A stretch of 63,719 bases of DNA, the filler included, from Octopus bimaculoides (taxonomy: Eukaryota): the NCBI RefSeq assembly GCF_001194135.2. It is 4 parts of 4 records of this genome, joined end to end, with 100 filler letters (N's around TTAATTAATTAA, not from the genome) between each part and the next. Parts side by side here need not be neighbours in the genome. Positions count along the whole stretch, not along the records: positions 19,600 to 45,550 come from NC_068997.1; 3 more parts are not named here. One strand, given 5' to 3'. Shown here piece after piece: positions 24,992 through 37,324 of this stretch. The first letter of the stretch is position 1. Each line of letters opens with the position of its first letter. Below the pieces are notes generated by a model. It was not told where the DNA came from. It ran no database searches and saw only the letters and a list, made by a program, of their open reading frames with translations. The position numbers and the translations under genes were made by a program.

Positions 24992-25318
24992 GGATCTTGT
25001 TCAAAACGGGGGCACCAGTATTTTCTTAACGAAACACTTTGAAACTTGGGACACTGGTAGAATGTGTCATATAAAACATCTTTTTCTCTTAGTCTTCTTA
25101 ACAAAAAACGTACATCGCAAGTTATTTCATGTTAAAGTTGTCGTATTTCTGTAATTTCAACCAATGACTGACGTCCATTCAGCCGTAAAAATTAAGTGCT
25201 GACTACGTAAACAAACGATTCGCGGCAGTGATAAAATTATTATTTCCTTGTCAAAAAATGGCTGAAGCATATTGGCAGTAGCTAATAAACCTTTCTATTA
25301 TAGGCACAAGGCATGGTT
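24992..25318 (+). mobile_element. Second copy of the 23335 element (left arm, cut by gap)
   Basis: ggatcttgttcaaaacgggggcaccagt... is near-identical to 23335-23540 for about 190 bp. Confidence 0.85.
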
Positions 25319-25969
25319 NNNNNNNNNNNNNNNNNNNNNNNNNNNNNNNNNNNNNNNNNNNNNNNNNNNNNNNNNNNNNNNNNNNNNNNNNNNNNNNNNN
25401 NNNNNNNNNNNNNNNNNNNNNNNNNNNNNNNNNNNNNNNNNNNNNNNNNNNNNNNNNNNNNNNNNNNNNNNNNNNNNNNNNNNNNNNNNNNNNNNNNNNN
25501 NNNNNNNNNNNNNNNNNNNNNNNNNNNNNNNNNNNNNNNNNNNNNNNNNNNNNNNNNNNNNNNNNNNNNNNNNNNNNNNNNNNNNNNNNNNNNNNNNNNN
25601 NNNNNNNNNNNNNNNNNNNNNNNNNNNNNNNNNNNNNNNNNNNNNNNNNNNNNNNNNNNNNNNNNNNNNNNNNNNNNNNNNNNNNNNNNNNNNNNNNNNN
25701 NNNNNNNNNNNNNNNNNNNNNNNNNNNNNNNNNNNNNNNNNNNNNNNNNNNNNNNNNNNNNNNNNNNNNNNNNNNNNNNNNNNNNNNNNNNNNNNNNNNN
25801 NNNNNNNNNNNNNNNNNNNNNNNNNNNNNNNNNNNNNNNNNNNNNNNNNNNNNNNNNNNNNNNNNNNNNNNNNNNNNNNNNNNNNNNNNNNNNNNNNNNN
25901 NNNNNNNNNNNNNNNNNNNNNNNNNNNNNNNNNNNNNNNNNNNNNNNNNNNNNNNNNNNNNNNNNNNNN

Positions 25970-26005
<36 letters not shown>

Positions 26006-26059
26006 CGCGCGCGCGCACAGATTGTAGAAGAAGTGAACCCATGACTGATCGTGAGTTAA

Positions 26060-26225
26060 ACATTGTAACAAGGTTGACCCCCAGGTACTACTCATTTTTG
26101 TTAGCAAAGTGAAATAGAGTAAAATAAAATGTCTTGCTCAAGGACATAACACGCCGCTGGGAATTGAATTTACGACCTTACGACCGTGAACCGAATACTC
26201 TAACCACTAAGCCACGTGCCTTCAC
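26060..26225 (-). mobile_element. SINE family D
   Basis: tgtcttgctcaaggacataac...gggaattgaat...ctaaccactaagccacgtgccttcac (reverse tRNA-like head). Confidence 0.75.
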
Positions 26226-27059
26226 TATACACACGCACAACAATCAATATGGCTAGTAATATATAGAATAATATTTTTTGACTATTTACTTCTGATGATG
26301 GGCCTTTGTGCCTGAAATCTATAGACTCTTAGACTTTTTCCGCATCGTAAGATACTCAACGTCCTCACTATTCTGTTATTTTACTTATCATAATGCTTCA
26401 AGCAAGCTACAACCCTCTCCTTTTATTTATTTATGTATGTATGTATGTAGGTAGGTAGGTAGATAGGTAGATAGGTAGATAGGATTCCAGACTGAAGTGA
26501 AGTACCTTGCTCAAGGACTCGATGTGCCAGATTGTACAAAAACGTTATTTGGAACGGCGTCAACGCAGAATGAAAAGATCAGCTTTAAAGCAAGAAAATA
26601 AGGAAATAATAGAAAACAAAGCTAATGGAATGCAGAAGACTGGGAAATATTTGTATTGAACAATACAAAGTAATTAGCAGCAAAAACCTAAAATTCTAAT
26701 GACAGGACAAAACATTTCAGAGTATGCATTATAAAGCCATACGCTAAAGCATAAAAATCCCTCTCACACAAAGCAGATATAAATAAAAGTACATTCACGC
26801 AACAAAAGCTTGTAGAGTCAACTACTTTAATAACAGTCACACCTTACCAGAAGACAATTTGAAGTTATTTCTGAAAACATTGTCCCTCCTTTTCAGTTTC
26901 GGTAAACATGAAATCACTTACGTACGACAATTGAAGCAGTATCAATGTTATTGACCCTGAGCACTTAGTTTGGGAAGCAAGTTATGAAAGATAGGTGCAG
27001 ACGGTTGACTGAAATTGTTGTTTCTACCAACATTAACATGACAATATCTACTGTAACAA

Positions 27060-27212
27060 AAGGCAGCGAGCTGGCACAAACGTTAGCACGCCGGGCGAAA
27101 TGTTCAGTAGTATTTCGTCTGTCTTTACGTTCTGAATTCAAATTCTGCCGAGGTCGACTTTGTCTTTCATCTTTTGGGGTCGATAAAATAAGTACCAGTT
27201 GCGTACTGGGAA
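27060..27212 (+). mobile_element. SINE family B
   Basis: ggcagcgagctggcacaaacgttagcacgccgggcgaaatg...gaattcaaattctgccgaggtcgactttg...gataaaataagtaccagttg. Confidence 0.8.
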
Positions 27213-27399
27213 TGCGTATCATATATGATGATGGACGCCAAGGAAATGTATCACATGATACGCAGGCTAGGGTTTAGGTGCAGCCTTCTGGAAAGAACCA
27301 GGATTTTGTATATTAAAAAGATACATTTTTGTTGAGCACACAGTATTATATTTATACTGATGCTCTTTAACAAGGCCAAATAGTAGAGTCATTGGAGAA

Positions 27400-28050
27400 T
27401 AGAACGAAACGATTTGCTGTATTTGTTCCAGCTTTCTGTGTTCTGAGCTCAAATCATGTTGAGGTCAACCTTGTCTTTTATCCTCTCCAGAGTCGATAAA
27501 ATAAAGTATCACTGATCCTGGGGCAGTGGATTGGCGGATTTGTTAGAGCATCGGAAGAAATGCATTGAAATATTTGTTCTGGCTCTTTGTGTCTTAAGTT
27601 CAAATCTTACCAAGTTTGACTTTGCCTTCCATTTTGTTTTTTCTTTCTGAAGTATATAAAGTACCACTTTACTTTATAATGATGTATAAAGGGGTGATGT
27701 ATTGGTGAATGAGATCTCTTGTGGTATATGCTTTGGCTTTTGGCATCCTGAGTTCAAATTCTGCCCGAATTAACTTCACCTTTTATTCTTTCCGGAGTCA
27801 ATAAAACAAAGTTCCTCTTGTTCAGGGATGGAAGGTTGACAGAATTGTTAAAGCATCGTACGAGATACATTGAGGTATTTGTCCCGGCTCTTGATGTCCT
27901 GAGTTCAAATCCGGTCTAGATCAACTATGCATTTCACCCTTTCAGGGAATAATAAAATAAAGTATCAGTAGTCTAGGGAACGTTGATTAGGGCGAACAAA
28001 ATTCCTTGTGGGAGTTGATTTCGGCTCTTGGTGTTTCAAGATCTTAGGTG
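27400..28050 (+). repeat. Head-to-tail array of degenerate SINE (family B) units, ~152-bp period
   Basis: The gagttcaaat-type B-box anchor occurs at 27445, 27596, 27750 and 27901 (periods 151, 154, 151). Each is followed by gactttgcctttcat..gataaaataaagta-like sequence, as in the intact copy at 27060. Confidence 0.7.
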
Positions 28051-28419
28051 GCAAACTTAACTCGTCATCCAGTTTAGTACCAACAAGTGGTCCTCGGATG
28101 TACCTAACAAAGTCCAATGTTGTGAGCATTCGTGTCTCATTTTAGAATAATGTCCTTCCTTCTTTTCACCAATCTCAGAAAACTAAAAATATTGTACAGT
28201 GTGGTATCATAAGTGCTTGTGATTTCTTCAATGATCAGACAGTAAAATAAATTCATTTAAAAACTGGTCATTAAAAAGTTCATGATATGGACGATGGTAA
28301 AACCTTTCATTGGTTACTCTATCGTTCATTGGTCAGTTTATCTTTCATTAGTAAGTATACCTTTCATTGGCCAAACTGTATTTCTATTTCTAGTTATAAT
28401 TACATTGAACACGAGGTGG

Positions 28420-28720
28420 CCTATGCGACATGGCACCAGCCCGACTTGCACTTTGCTGATGTCCATTCTCCCTCTTCCCTCTATGTCCAACAAAAAAAAT
28501 GGGACGCCATCTAGTGTAGCATGATCTCGGATGAGTTTGTGCGCCAACTTGACCAGCACTGTCTGACGAGTTCCCGCTCAGTTTCCGAGCCTTGCAACGG
28601 AGCCTGGGTCAGTGCGGTGCCATTACTCGCGACCGGCATTTAGCTTGATAGAGACTATCTGCACATTGGCGTTTCCCTGAGGCTTGGCCACCATGTTTCT
28701 GGGTTCTGTCCCACCCCTTG
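28420..28720 (+). mobile_element. CRE-clade RLE non-LTR retrotransposon relic
   Basis: One frame with two stops: W..PDL...PSSLYVQQKKWDAI*CS....VRQLDQHCLTSSRSVSEPCNGAWVSAVPLLATGI*LDRDYLHIGVSLRLGHHV. This matches the recalled CRE pattern Q..WD...DQH......P.SGAWL.A.P...LG..LD...LRI.V.LRLG. Confidence 0.7.
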
Positions 28721-28808
28721 ACACCATAGGCAACTGTTTTCTACTATAGTCCCAGGATGATCAAAACTTTGTAAGTGAATGTGATAGATGGAAACTGAAA
28801 GAAGCCTG

Positions 28809-28857
<49 letters not shown>

Positions 28858-29644
28858 NNNNNNNNNNNNNNNNNNNNNNNNNNNNNNNNNNNNNNNNNNN
28901 NNNNNNNNNNNNNNNNNNNNNNNNNNNNNNNNNNNNNNNNNNNNNNNNNNNNNNNNNNNNNNNNNNNNNNNNNNNNNNNNNNNNNNNNNNNNNNNNNNNN
29001 NNNNNNNNNNNNNNNNNNNNNNNNNNNNNNNNNNNNNNNNNNNNNNNNNNNNNNNNNNNNNNNNNNNNNNNNNNNNNNNNNNNNNNNNNNNNNNNNNNNN
29101 NNNNNNNNNNNNNNNNNNNNNNNNNNNNNNNNNNNNNNNNNNNNNNNNNNNNNNNNNNNNNNNNNNNNNNNNNNNNNNNNNNNNNNNNNNNNNNNNNNNN
29201 NNNNNNNNNNNNNNNNNNNNNNNNNNNNNNNNNNNNNNNNNNNNNNNNNNNNNNNNNNNNNNNNNNNNNNNNNNNNNNNNNNNNNNNNNNNNNNNNNNNN
29301 NNNNNNNNNNNNNNNNNNNNNNNNNNNNNNNNNNNNNNNNNNNNNNNNNNNNNNNNNNNNNNNNNNNNNNNNNNNNNNNNNNNNNNNNNNNNNNNNNNNN
29401 NNNNNNNNNNNNNNNNNNNNNNNNNNNNNNNNNNNNNNNNNNNNNNNNNNNNNNNNNNNNNNNNNNNNNNNNNNNNNNNNNNNNNNNNNNNNNNNNNNNN
29501 NNNNNNNTGTGTGTGTGTTAATTACGATTATGAAACATCCGTGAAGCATTATCCTACGTCAGTCGATTATCAAGACGGCAATAACACTAATAATAGAGTA
29601 GGATAGTATGACAAAGGAATAAACGAACACCCACACATAAACGC

Positions 29645-29682
<38 letters not shown>

Positions 29683-29733
29683 ATATTTATGTGTGTGTGC
29701 ATATACGTATGTCTGTATGCATGTATGTATGTT

Positions 29734-29797
<64 letters not shown>

Positions 29798-30117
29798 TGT
29801 GTTTTGATAAACCCGGTTATTCATTCATATCAACAGGTTTTGTGCAGCTTATAATTAGTCAGGCATATTCATCTGAAATCGCACATGCATGTACACATGC
29901 ACAACACACAGTTATGACACGGATAAACAGAGAAAGAGAGTAATCAAAACTTCTAAAGAATTTGACTTTAAAAATTATGCTAAACACAAAGCTGTGATCA
30001 ATAAATTTCCGAGATGTAAACCTAAACCTAAACACTAGAACACCTCACTACCTTAACGCCAACAAAGATAAAATTTACGTGCGCGCACGCGTGTGTGTGT
30101 GAAAGAGAGAGAGAGAG

Positions 30118-30192
<75 letters not shown>

Positions 30193-30260
30193 CAATCATC
30201 TGTTCATTAATACACTACATTACAGATATCAATTAATTCATTATAGAAATATTTAATATA

Positions 30261-30600
30261 GGCGCAGGAGTGACTGTGTAGTAAGTAGCTCGCTTACCAA
30301 CGACATAGTTCAGTCCTACTGCGTGGCACCTTGGGTAAGTGTCTTCTACAATAGCCTCGGGCCGACTAAAACCTTGTGAGTGAATTTGGTAGATGGGAAC
30401 CGCAAGAAGCTCGTCGTATATATTTGTGTGTGTGTGTGTGTGTGTGTGTTTGTGTTTGTTCCCCCACCATCACTTAACAACTGATGTTGGTGTGTTTACG
30501 TCCCCGTAACTTAGTGGTTCGGCAAAAGAGACCGAAAGAATAGGTAAAGGTGGTGCTACAACATGACCGCAGTCAAATGACTGAAACAAATAAAAGAATG
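30261..30600 (+). mobile_element. SINE family A (near full length, central (TG)n)
   Basis: tRNA-like head ggcgcaggagtgactgtgtagtaagtagc...ttcagtcc, core ggcaccttgggtaagtgtcttct, tail atgactgaaacaaataaaaga. Confidence 0.85.
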
Positions 30601-31759
30601 AAGGAACAAAGCTGTCCAACACAATAAGTACGGCTCTAGCTAGCAGTAATTAACACCAAAAGTTTTATATATCGCAGATCAAGATGGGAAGGATAACTTC
30701 CCTTGGCAAAAATAGACAGGACACAGATATGTCGATAAGCCAGCTGGAGGAGATGTTCTCCTGGGGCTAAAAGCAACAGTAACATCCACCCTTAGGGGTC
30801 AGCCATATTTAAATGGCAAATATACTTCACTTTATCGTGCAGTTACTGTTAACACCTCGTTCAGAGATTTAACATATATNNNNNNNNNNNNNNNNNNNNN
30901 NNNNNNNNNNNNNNNNNNNNNNNNNNNNNNNNNNNNNNNNNNNNNNNNNNNNNNNNNNNNNNNNNNNNNNNNNNNNNNNNNNNNNNNNNNNNNNNNNNNN
31001 NNNNNATATATATTGTTTGGTTTAATCCACCCTATAATTTAGTGTCCTCATATGAGGTTAAGACCTCGCCTACACTAAATCATCGCGGACTTTTGCTCTC
31101 CTCGCAGATATCTTCAACAAAAATTATGTATAACAGTTATAGTTGTATGAAAAACATAGAATTATAAATGCTTATTTATATTAAAGAAAGTCTGTAAACG
31201 CCAAACAAACCATTCAACCCAAATGCAGAGACCCAACGAGCATTTTTCTTTGAATTGGTTACACTAGCAGTAGAATCGGTAGACTGCAGAGTAAAAGTGT
31301 GTTATCAGTTAAGCTAAATATACATTTAAGGTAAGATTCACACCTCACACCCATTCATTAAGGTCTAAAAGTAAGAGTAATGTATCAGTAAGAGTAATGT
31401 ATTTTCCCCACATGTTCGAACAGTACCTTAGGCTCAATTCAGACGGCTTTGTGATTAATCCCTGGCCGTGTAAAAGGGTATATTTCAATGATAGACACTT
31501 GTATTCTGATCTGTTATTAATCTTCTGAAAAGCCCAAAGTTCAAACGGGACCATATTTGATCCCCCACTGGTCACAGGTGTAGATAGCGAAACCGGGCAT
31601 CCTAATAACGAACGTAAAACTGCGAGGGTACTTGAGTACTATCGAATAAATCACTAAACAGAAGGATGTTTTCATTGATATGTTTATAACATAACGCACT
31701 GTTTCACATACACGCGCGCGCGCACGCACACAGAAATATATCTACTACAATATTTTTTT

Positions 31760-32075
31760 ATTTGATTCAGTCATTGAACTGCTACCGTGTTGGGGCGTCG
31801 CCTTGAAGTGTTTAGTCAAACAAATAGACCCAAGTACTTACGTTTTAAGTCTGATACTTGTCCTATCAATCTCGTTTGCTGAACCACCAAGTTATGGAGA
31901 CGTAAACAAAACAGCACCGGTCTTCAAGCAGTGGTGGACAAATACAGACACAAAGACGCGCACGTGCACACACGTATCTATATGCGCGCACACAACGAAC
32001 TTCTACAGTTTCCGTCTACCAAATTCGCTCACAAGGCATTAATCGGCCCAGAGCTACAACAAAAGACACTTGCCT
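31760..32075 (-). mobile_element. SINE family A
   Basis: Same tail, core and gtttccgtctaccaaat blocks in reverse orientation. Confidence 0.75.
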
Positions 32076-32388
32076 TAGTTGTTGTGCAGTGGAGTTGTAT
32101 CCGAGAGCTCGTATTTGCAAAGCTAGTTTCTAAATTACACATCTATGCCTGCGCCGATAGAATTTTCTTTTTTCTTCATATTTTTCTAAAACTGTCATGA
32201 GCTTTTTGGTACATAACCTGCCTGATATCTTGTCTAATTAGCACTGAAGACCAGATAGATAATTGTATGAATAGACGTCTAACCAAGTAGATATATAAAT
32301 AGCTAGATAAAACATATAGGTAGACAGAATATAAGACAGTTAGATAAACATACACTGGTGACTAAAAATATTAAAGCATTATCAACTA

Positions 32389-32579
32389 GATGCAGGGGTG
32401 GTTGTGTAGTAAGAAGCTTGCTTTCCAACAACATGGTTTCGGGTTCAGTCTCACTGCGTGGCCCCTTGGGCCGCCTAAAGCCTTGTGGGTGGATTTGGTA
32501 GATGAAAACTGAAAGGGGCTTACCGTGTATGTATGTATGTATGTATGTATGTGTGTGTGTATGTGTATATATATATATA
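32389..32579 (+). mobile_element. SINE family A 5' half
   Basis: gcaggggtggttgtgtagtaagaagcttgc...gggttcagtctcactgcgtgg. Confidence 0.8.
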
Positions 32580-33216
32580 NNNNNNNNNNNNNNNNNNNNN
32601 NNNNNNNNNNNNNNNNNNNNNNNNNNNNNNNNNNNNNNNNNNNNNNNNNNNNNNNNNNNNNNNNNNNNNNNNNNNNNNNNNNNNNNNNNNNNNNNNNNNN
32701 NNNNNNNNNNNNNNNNNNNNNNNNNNNNNNNNNNNNNNNNNNNNNNNNNNNNNNNNNNNNNNNNNNNNNNNNNNNNNNNNNNNNNNNNNNNNNNNNNNNN
32801 NNNNNNNNNNNNNNNNNNNNNNNNNNNNNNNNNNNNNNNNNNNNNNNNNNNNNNNNNNNNNNNNNNNNNNNNNNNNNNNNNNNNNNNNNNNNNNNNNNNN
32901 NNNNNNNNNNNNNNNNNNNNNNNNNNNNNNNNNNNNNNNNNNNNNNNNNNNNNNNNNNNNNNNNNNNNNNNNNNNNNNNNNNNNNNNNNNNNNNNNNNNN
33001 NNNNNNNNNNNNNNNNNNNNNNNNNNNNNNNNNNNNNNNNNNNNNNNNNNNNNNNNNNNNNNNNNNNNNNNNNNNNNNNNNNNNNNNNNNNNNNNNNNNN
33101 NNNNNNNNNNNNNNNNNNNNNNNNNNNNNNNNNNNNNNNNNNNNNNNNNNNNNNNNNNNNNNNNNNNNNNNNNNNNNNNNNNNNNNNNNNNNNNNNNNNN
33201 NNNNNNNNNNNNNNNN

Positions 33217-33254
<38 letters not shown>

Positions 33255-33258
33255 ATAT

Positions 33259-33450
33259 GTAGGAGTGGTTGTGTGGTAAGTAGCTTGCTTACCAACCACA
33301 TGGTTCCGGGTTCAGTCCCACTGCGTGGCACCTTGGGCAAGTGTCTTCTACTATAGCCTCAGATCAATCAAAGCTTTGTGAGTGGATTTGGTAGACGGAA
33401 ACTGAAAGAAGCCCGTCGTATATATGTATGTGTGTGTGTGTGTGTGTGTC
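33259..33450 (+). mobile_element. SINE family A 5' half
   Basis: ggagtggttgtgtggtaagtagcttgcttaccaaccacatggttccgggttcagtcccactgcgtggcaccttgggcaagtgtc. Confidence 0.85.
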
Positions 33451-33929
33451 AAAAGTCCATCCCTCGCCATAGTCTCATGTGGCTGGGTTCCCCTTTTTGT
33501 GGCATACATTAGTAATTCCACCACTGGTGCCGGAAGCTTGTCGTCTGCTACTGATATGCTTCTGTGCGTTTTAGCTCTATACGTCTGCACGAGAAGCTTT
33601 TTCAAGAAGTACAGCAGCAGTTCTGTGGCTTTCTACAGCACATCCATGTTAAGATATACAGAATGTTATTTTAAATATTAAGTTCACTTAATGATATAAT
33701 GAGTCATAAAATAATTTAGTCACGAGGAACTAAATTATTCTATAATCAGTTACAAAATATTGCACCATTTATTCTGAGCCTGTACAACACACCCCATAGT
33801 TAAACCATTTTCTGATATAACTGACAAATAGCAGGATATTGGAAACGTGACAAAAATATTAATTGAAGGATAAACATTACATCAGCACACATGTTGTATT
33901 CTTTGAGATATTGTATATAAATCCATGCA

Positions 33930-34310
33930 TAATTTAATAACTGAAACAGATTTTCTGTTGTTCTTGCAGTATTTTATTTTTAAGCCTAGTACTTATTCTA
34001 ATGGATATCTTTTGCCGAACCGCTAAGTTACAGGGAAGTAAACACACGAACACCGGTCGTCCTCCACCGATGGAGGAGACGAGGAGACACAGACACAAAG
34101 GAGGAGTCACAGACACAAAGGAGGAGTCACAGACATATATAGACATACACATATACGACGGGCTTCTTTCAATTTCTATCTACCAAATCCACTCACAAGG
34201 TTTTTAGTCGGCCCGAGGCTGAAGCAGAAGACACTTGCCCAAGGTGCCACGCAGTGGGACTGAACCCGGAACCATGTGTCTGGGAAGCAAATATCTTACC
34301 ACACAACTGC
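33930..34310 (-). mobile_element. SINE family A
   Basis: Full set of family A blocks in reverse orientation. Confidence 0.8.
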
Positions 34311-35244
34311 TATTGAAATTGTGTCATAATTTGAAACCAATATTTAATGTGAAATGAGTTTTAGCCTTAAATTACTGCCCTTTTAAAAATCTTATTCGCT
34401 AATAATTCTGCGCCCTTCACGCTCAAAATTGATTCAGGTGTTTATCAACCTCTTGGATAACCACATAGACCATCACCTCAATGTCCAGGGGTTAACATTG
34501 ACCAGTTTGCCAACCCCTGCTGTACATAAGAAATAGCAACTATACTGCCCTCGAATCACACTCTCCCGTTTAAAAAAAATAGACAAGATGGTCATAGTTG
34601 GAACGTTCTTGAGCATATGTATCTCTGGACAGACCTCATCTAGAGCTGTTGGAGACCACTCTGTTATAAGCACACGGGGCCAGGTTTCCGTCTGAGGCTA
34701 TATTCCTCCTACCTCCCACTAGTATTGGAGGTTTTGTAAAAGGTCGTGGGCGCTTTCCACATGTAAAATGTTGTACGGGCAACAACTGAGACACGTGACA
34801 AAATAAAGTGGGAGGAGACTGTAGCAAGGATAGAAGGAGGAGGAGGAAGCAAGAATATAAGAAGAGGCGGAGATACAGACGAAAACAAACACGAAAATGA
34901 AACGGGGAAAGAGGAGGGAAGAGAGAAGGGGTGAGATGAAAAGGTGAAAAGAGGAAGCAAGAAAAAGAGAGGGAGAGGGGAAATGAGAGAGAGACATATA
35001 TGAAAGAGAGAGAGAGGAGAAGTAGGTGATGTCGATGATGTGGAAAGAAAAAAGACGAAGAATGAGGAAGAAGAGAAGAACAAAGAGAAAAATAACAACA
35101 ACAACATCTGGAAGAAATGTGAACGAAATGAACTGACGTCTTCACCTTTGCTGCTACTGTTGTTTAGCCCCGAGTCAGTCCCAACTGAGTAAATCTATGA
35201 TCAAAGATATTCTTGATATGACCATCCCATCTTTTCCAATTACT

Positions 35245-35534
35245 CTCTTTTACTCTTTTACTTGTCTCAGTCATGTGACTGCGGCCATGCTGGAGCACCG
35301 CCTTTAGTCGAGCAAATCGACCCCAGGACTTATTCTTTGTAAGCTTAGTACTTATTCTATCGGTCTGTTTTGCCGAACCACTAAGTTACGGTGACGTAAA
35401 CACACCACCATCGGTTGTCAAGCGATGTTGGGGGGACAAACACAGACACACAAACATATACACACACGTACATATATATACATATATACGACGGGCTTCT
35501 TTCAGTTTCCGTCAACCAAATCCACTCACAAGGC
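35245..35534 (-). mobile_element. SINE family A 3' two-thirds
   Basis: ttttacttgtctcagtca..gcggccatgctggagcaccgcc...gtttccgtcaaccaaatccactcacaagg; CpGs are retained. Confidence 0.85.
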
Positions 35535-36676
35535 NNNNNNNNNNNNNNNNNNNNNNNNNNNNNNNNNNNNNNNNNNNNNNNNNNNNNNNNNNNNNNNNNN
35601 NNNNNNNNNNNNNNNNNNNNNNNNNNNNNNNNNNNNNNNNNNNNNNNNNNNNNNNNNNNNNNNNNNNNNNNNNNNNNNNNNNNNNNNNNNNNNNNNNNNN
35701 NNNNNNNNNNNNNNNNNNNNNNNNNNNNNNNNNNNNNNNNNNNNNNNNNNNNNNNNNNNNNNNNNNNNNNNNNNNNNNNNNNNNNNNNNNNNNNNNNNNN
35801 NNNNNNNNNNNNNNNNNNNNNNNNNNNNNNNNNNNNNNNNNNNNNNNNNNNNNNNNNNNNNNNNNNNNNNNNNNNNNNNNNNNNNNNNNNNNNNNNNNNN
35901 NNNNNNNNNNNNNNNNNNNNNNNNNNNNNNNNNNNNNNNNNNNNNNNNNNNNNNNNNNNNNNNNNNNNNNNNNNNNNNNNNNNNNNNNNNNNNNNNNNNN
36001 NNNNNNNNNNNNNNNNNNNNNNNNNNNNNNNNNNNNNNNNNNNNNNNNNNNNNNNNNNNNNNNNNNNNNNNNNNNNNNNNNGGTGGTGGTGGTGGTGGTG
36101 GTGGTGGTGGTGATGGCGGCGGCGGCAGCGGCGGTGGTGGTGATGGTTGTTCTTGTGGTAGTGATGACGATGACGACGTCGGTGATGGTGGTGATGAGGA
36201 GGTGGAGTCAGGGGTGGTGAACGACGACGATGACGATGGTGATGATAATGATTATGGTTATGATGATGATTATTATTATTATTTTACCTCACAATTGACA
36301 TAATTTTAATTTAAAACTTCTTGAGTTTTGGTGTCCATGCTTTTGCCAATGAAATAGGAACAATGTGTGTACGTGCGTGACAACATCGCCGGTTTTTAAA
36401 AAGAAAAAACGTGTTGTGACTTAGTCGTTCATTTATTCAATAAGACAGAGATCGATAAATAAGTATCCGGCTGAAATAAAGAAGAATAAAAAAAACTCGG
36501 ATCGATATGATCAATTAAAAGTCCTTATGTATGCAGTGCTACCGCATGACCGCAGTCCAGTGGCTGAAACAAGGAAAAAGAGGGGGAAAAGAAAAGAGAG
36601 ATTGCGAAACAGCTATATAGACAGACAGACAGACAGACAGACAAATAGATAAACAGACAGTGATGAATTGACACAG

Positions 36677-36752
<76 letters not shown>

Positions 36753-37293
36753 TGAGACGTGTGTGTGTACGTGTGGATGTGTATAAAAACAAGGATACTT
36801 GCATCGCGAGGTTTGCTGTCGTTTGAAGAATTCGTGGGTAAGTTTCCCGATTCCATTCTTGGTACTCCACATATATCTATATTTATGTATATATATATAT
36901 ATATTCATATATAATTCAAAACATACATATGTTTACATGTAAAGCACAACAAAATCTGCAGACGTCGGTGTGTTTTGATCTTCAGAAATAAAACGTCTGC
37001 TCTCGATTCGCGTTATTTTGGCAGGTTTTTTTTTTTCTTTTTTCCGAAAGAACTACATGGTTTGTATGTAGGTGCGTGACGACTGAGTGTGAATTGCGAA
37101 GTGAGCGTGTGAATATAGGAGTGTGGGAGTCAGTTGGATAAGGGAAGTGCGTGAAGTACCGAGCGAGTGAAAGGATAGCGTGAGTGAGAAGAAGGCTGAG
37201 TGTTACTTTCGAAACACGCTGATTGTTACTAATATAAACAAACCATTCTGGTGCCACACGTTTACAGACATATATATTCATATACTCTGTGTA

Positions 37294-37324
<31 letters not shown>

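Noticed and set aside
26285-26335. CTGATGA-TGGGC...GCCT-GAAA hammerhead-like string
   Set aside because: Core and stem II are present, but there is no U16.1 cleavage triplet and no stem I pairing.
30675-30790. Acceptor-like site followed by IKMGRITSLGKNRQDTDMSISQLEEMFSWG*
   Set aside because: No recognisable domain or partner exon; expected by chance.
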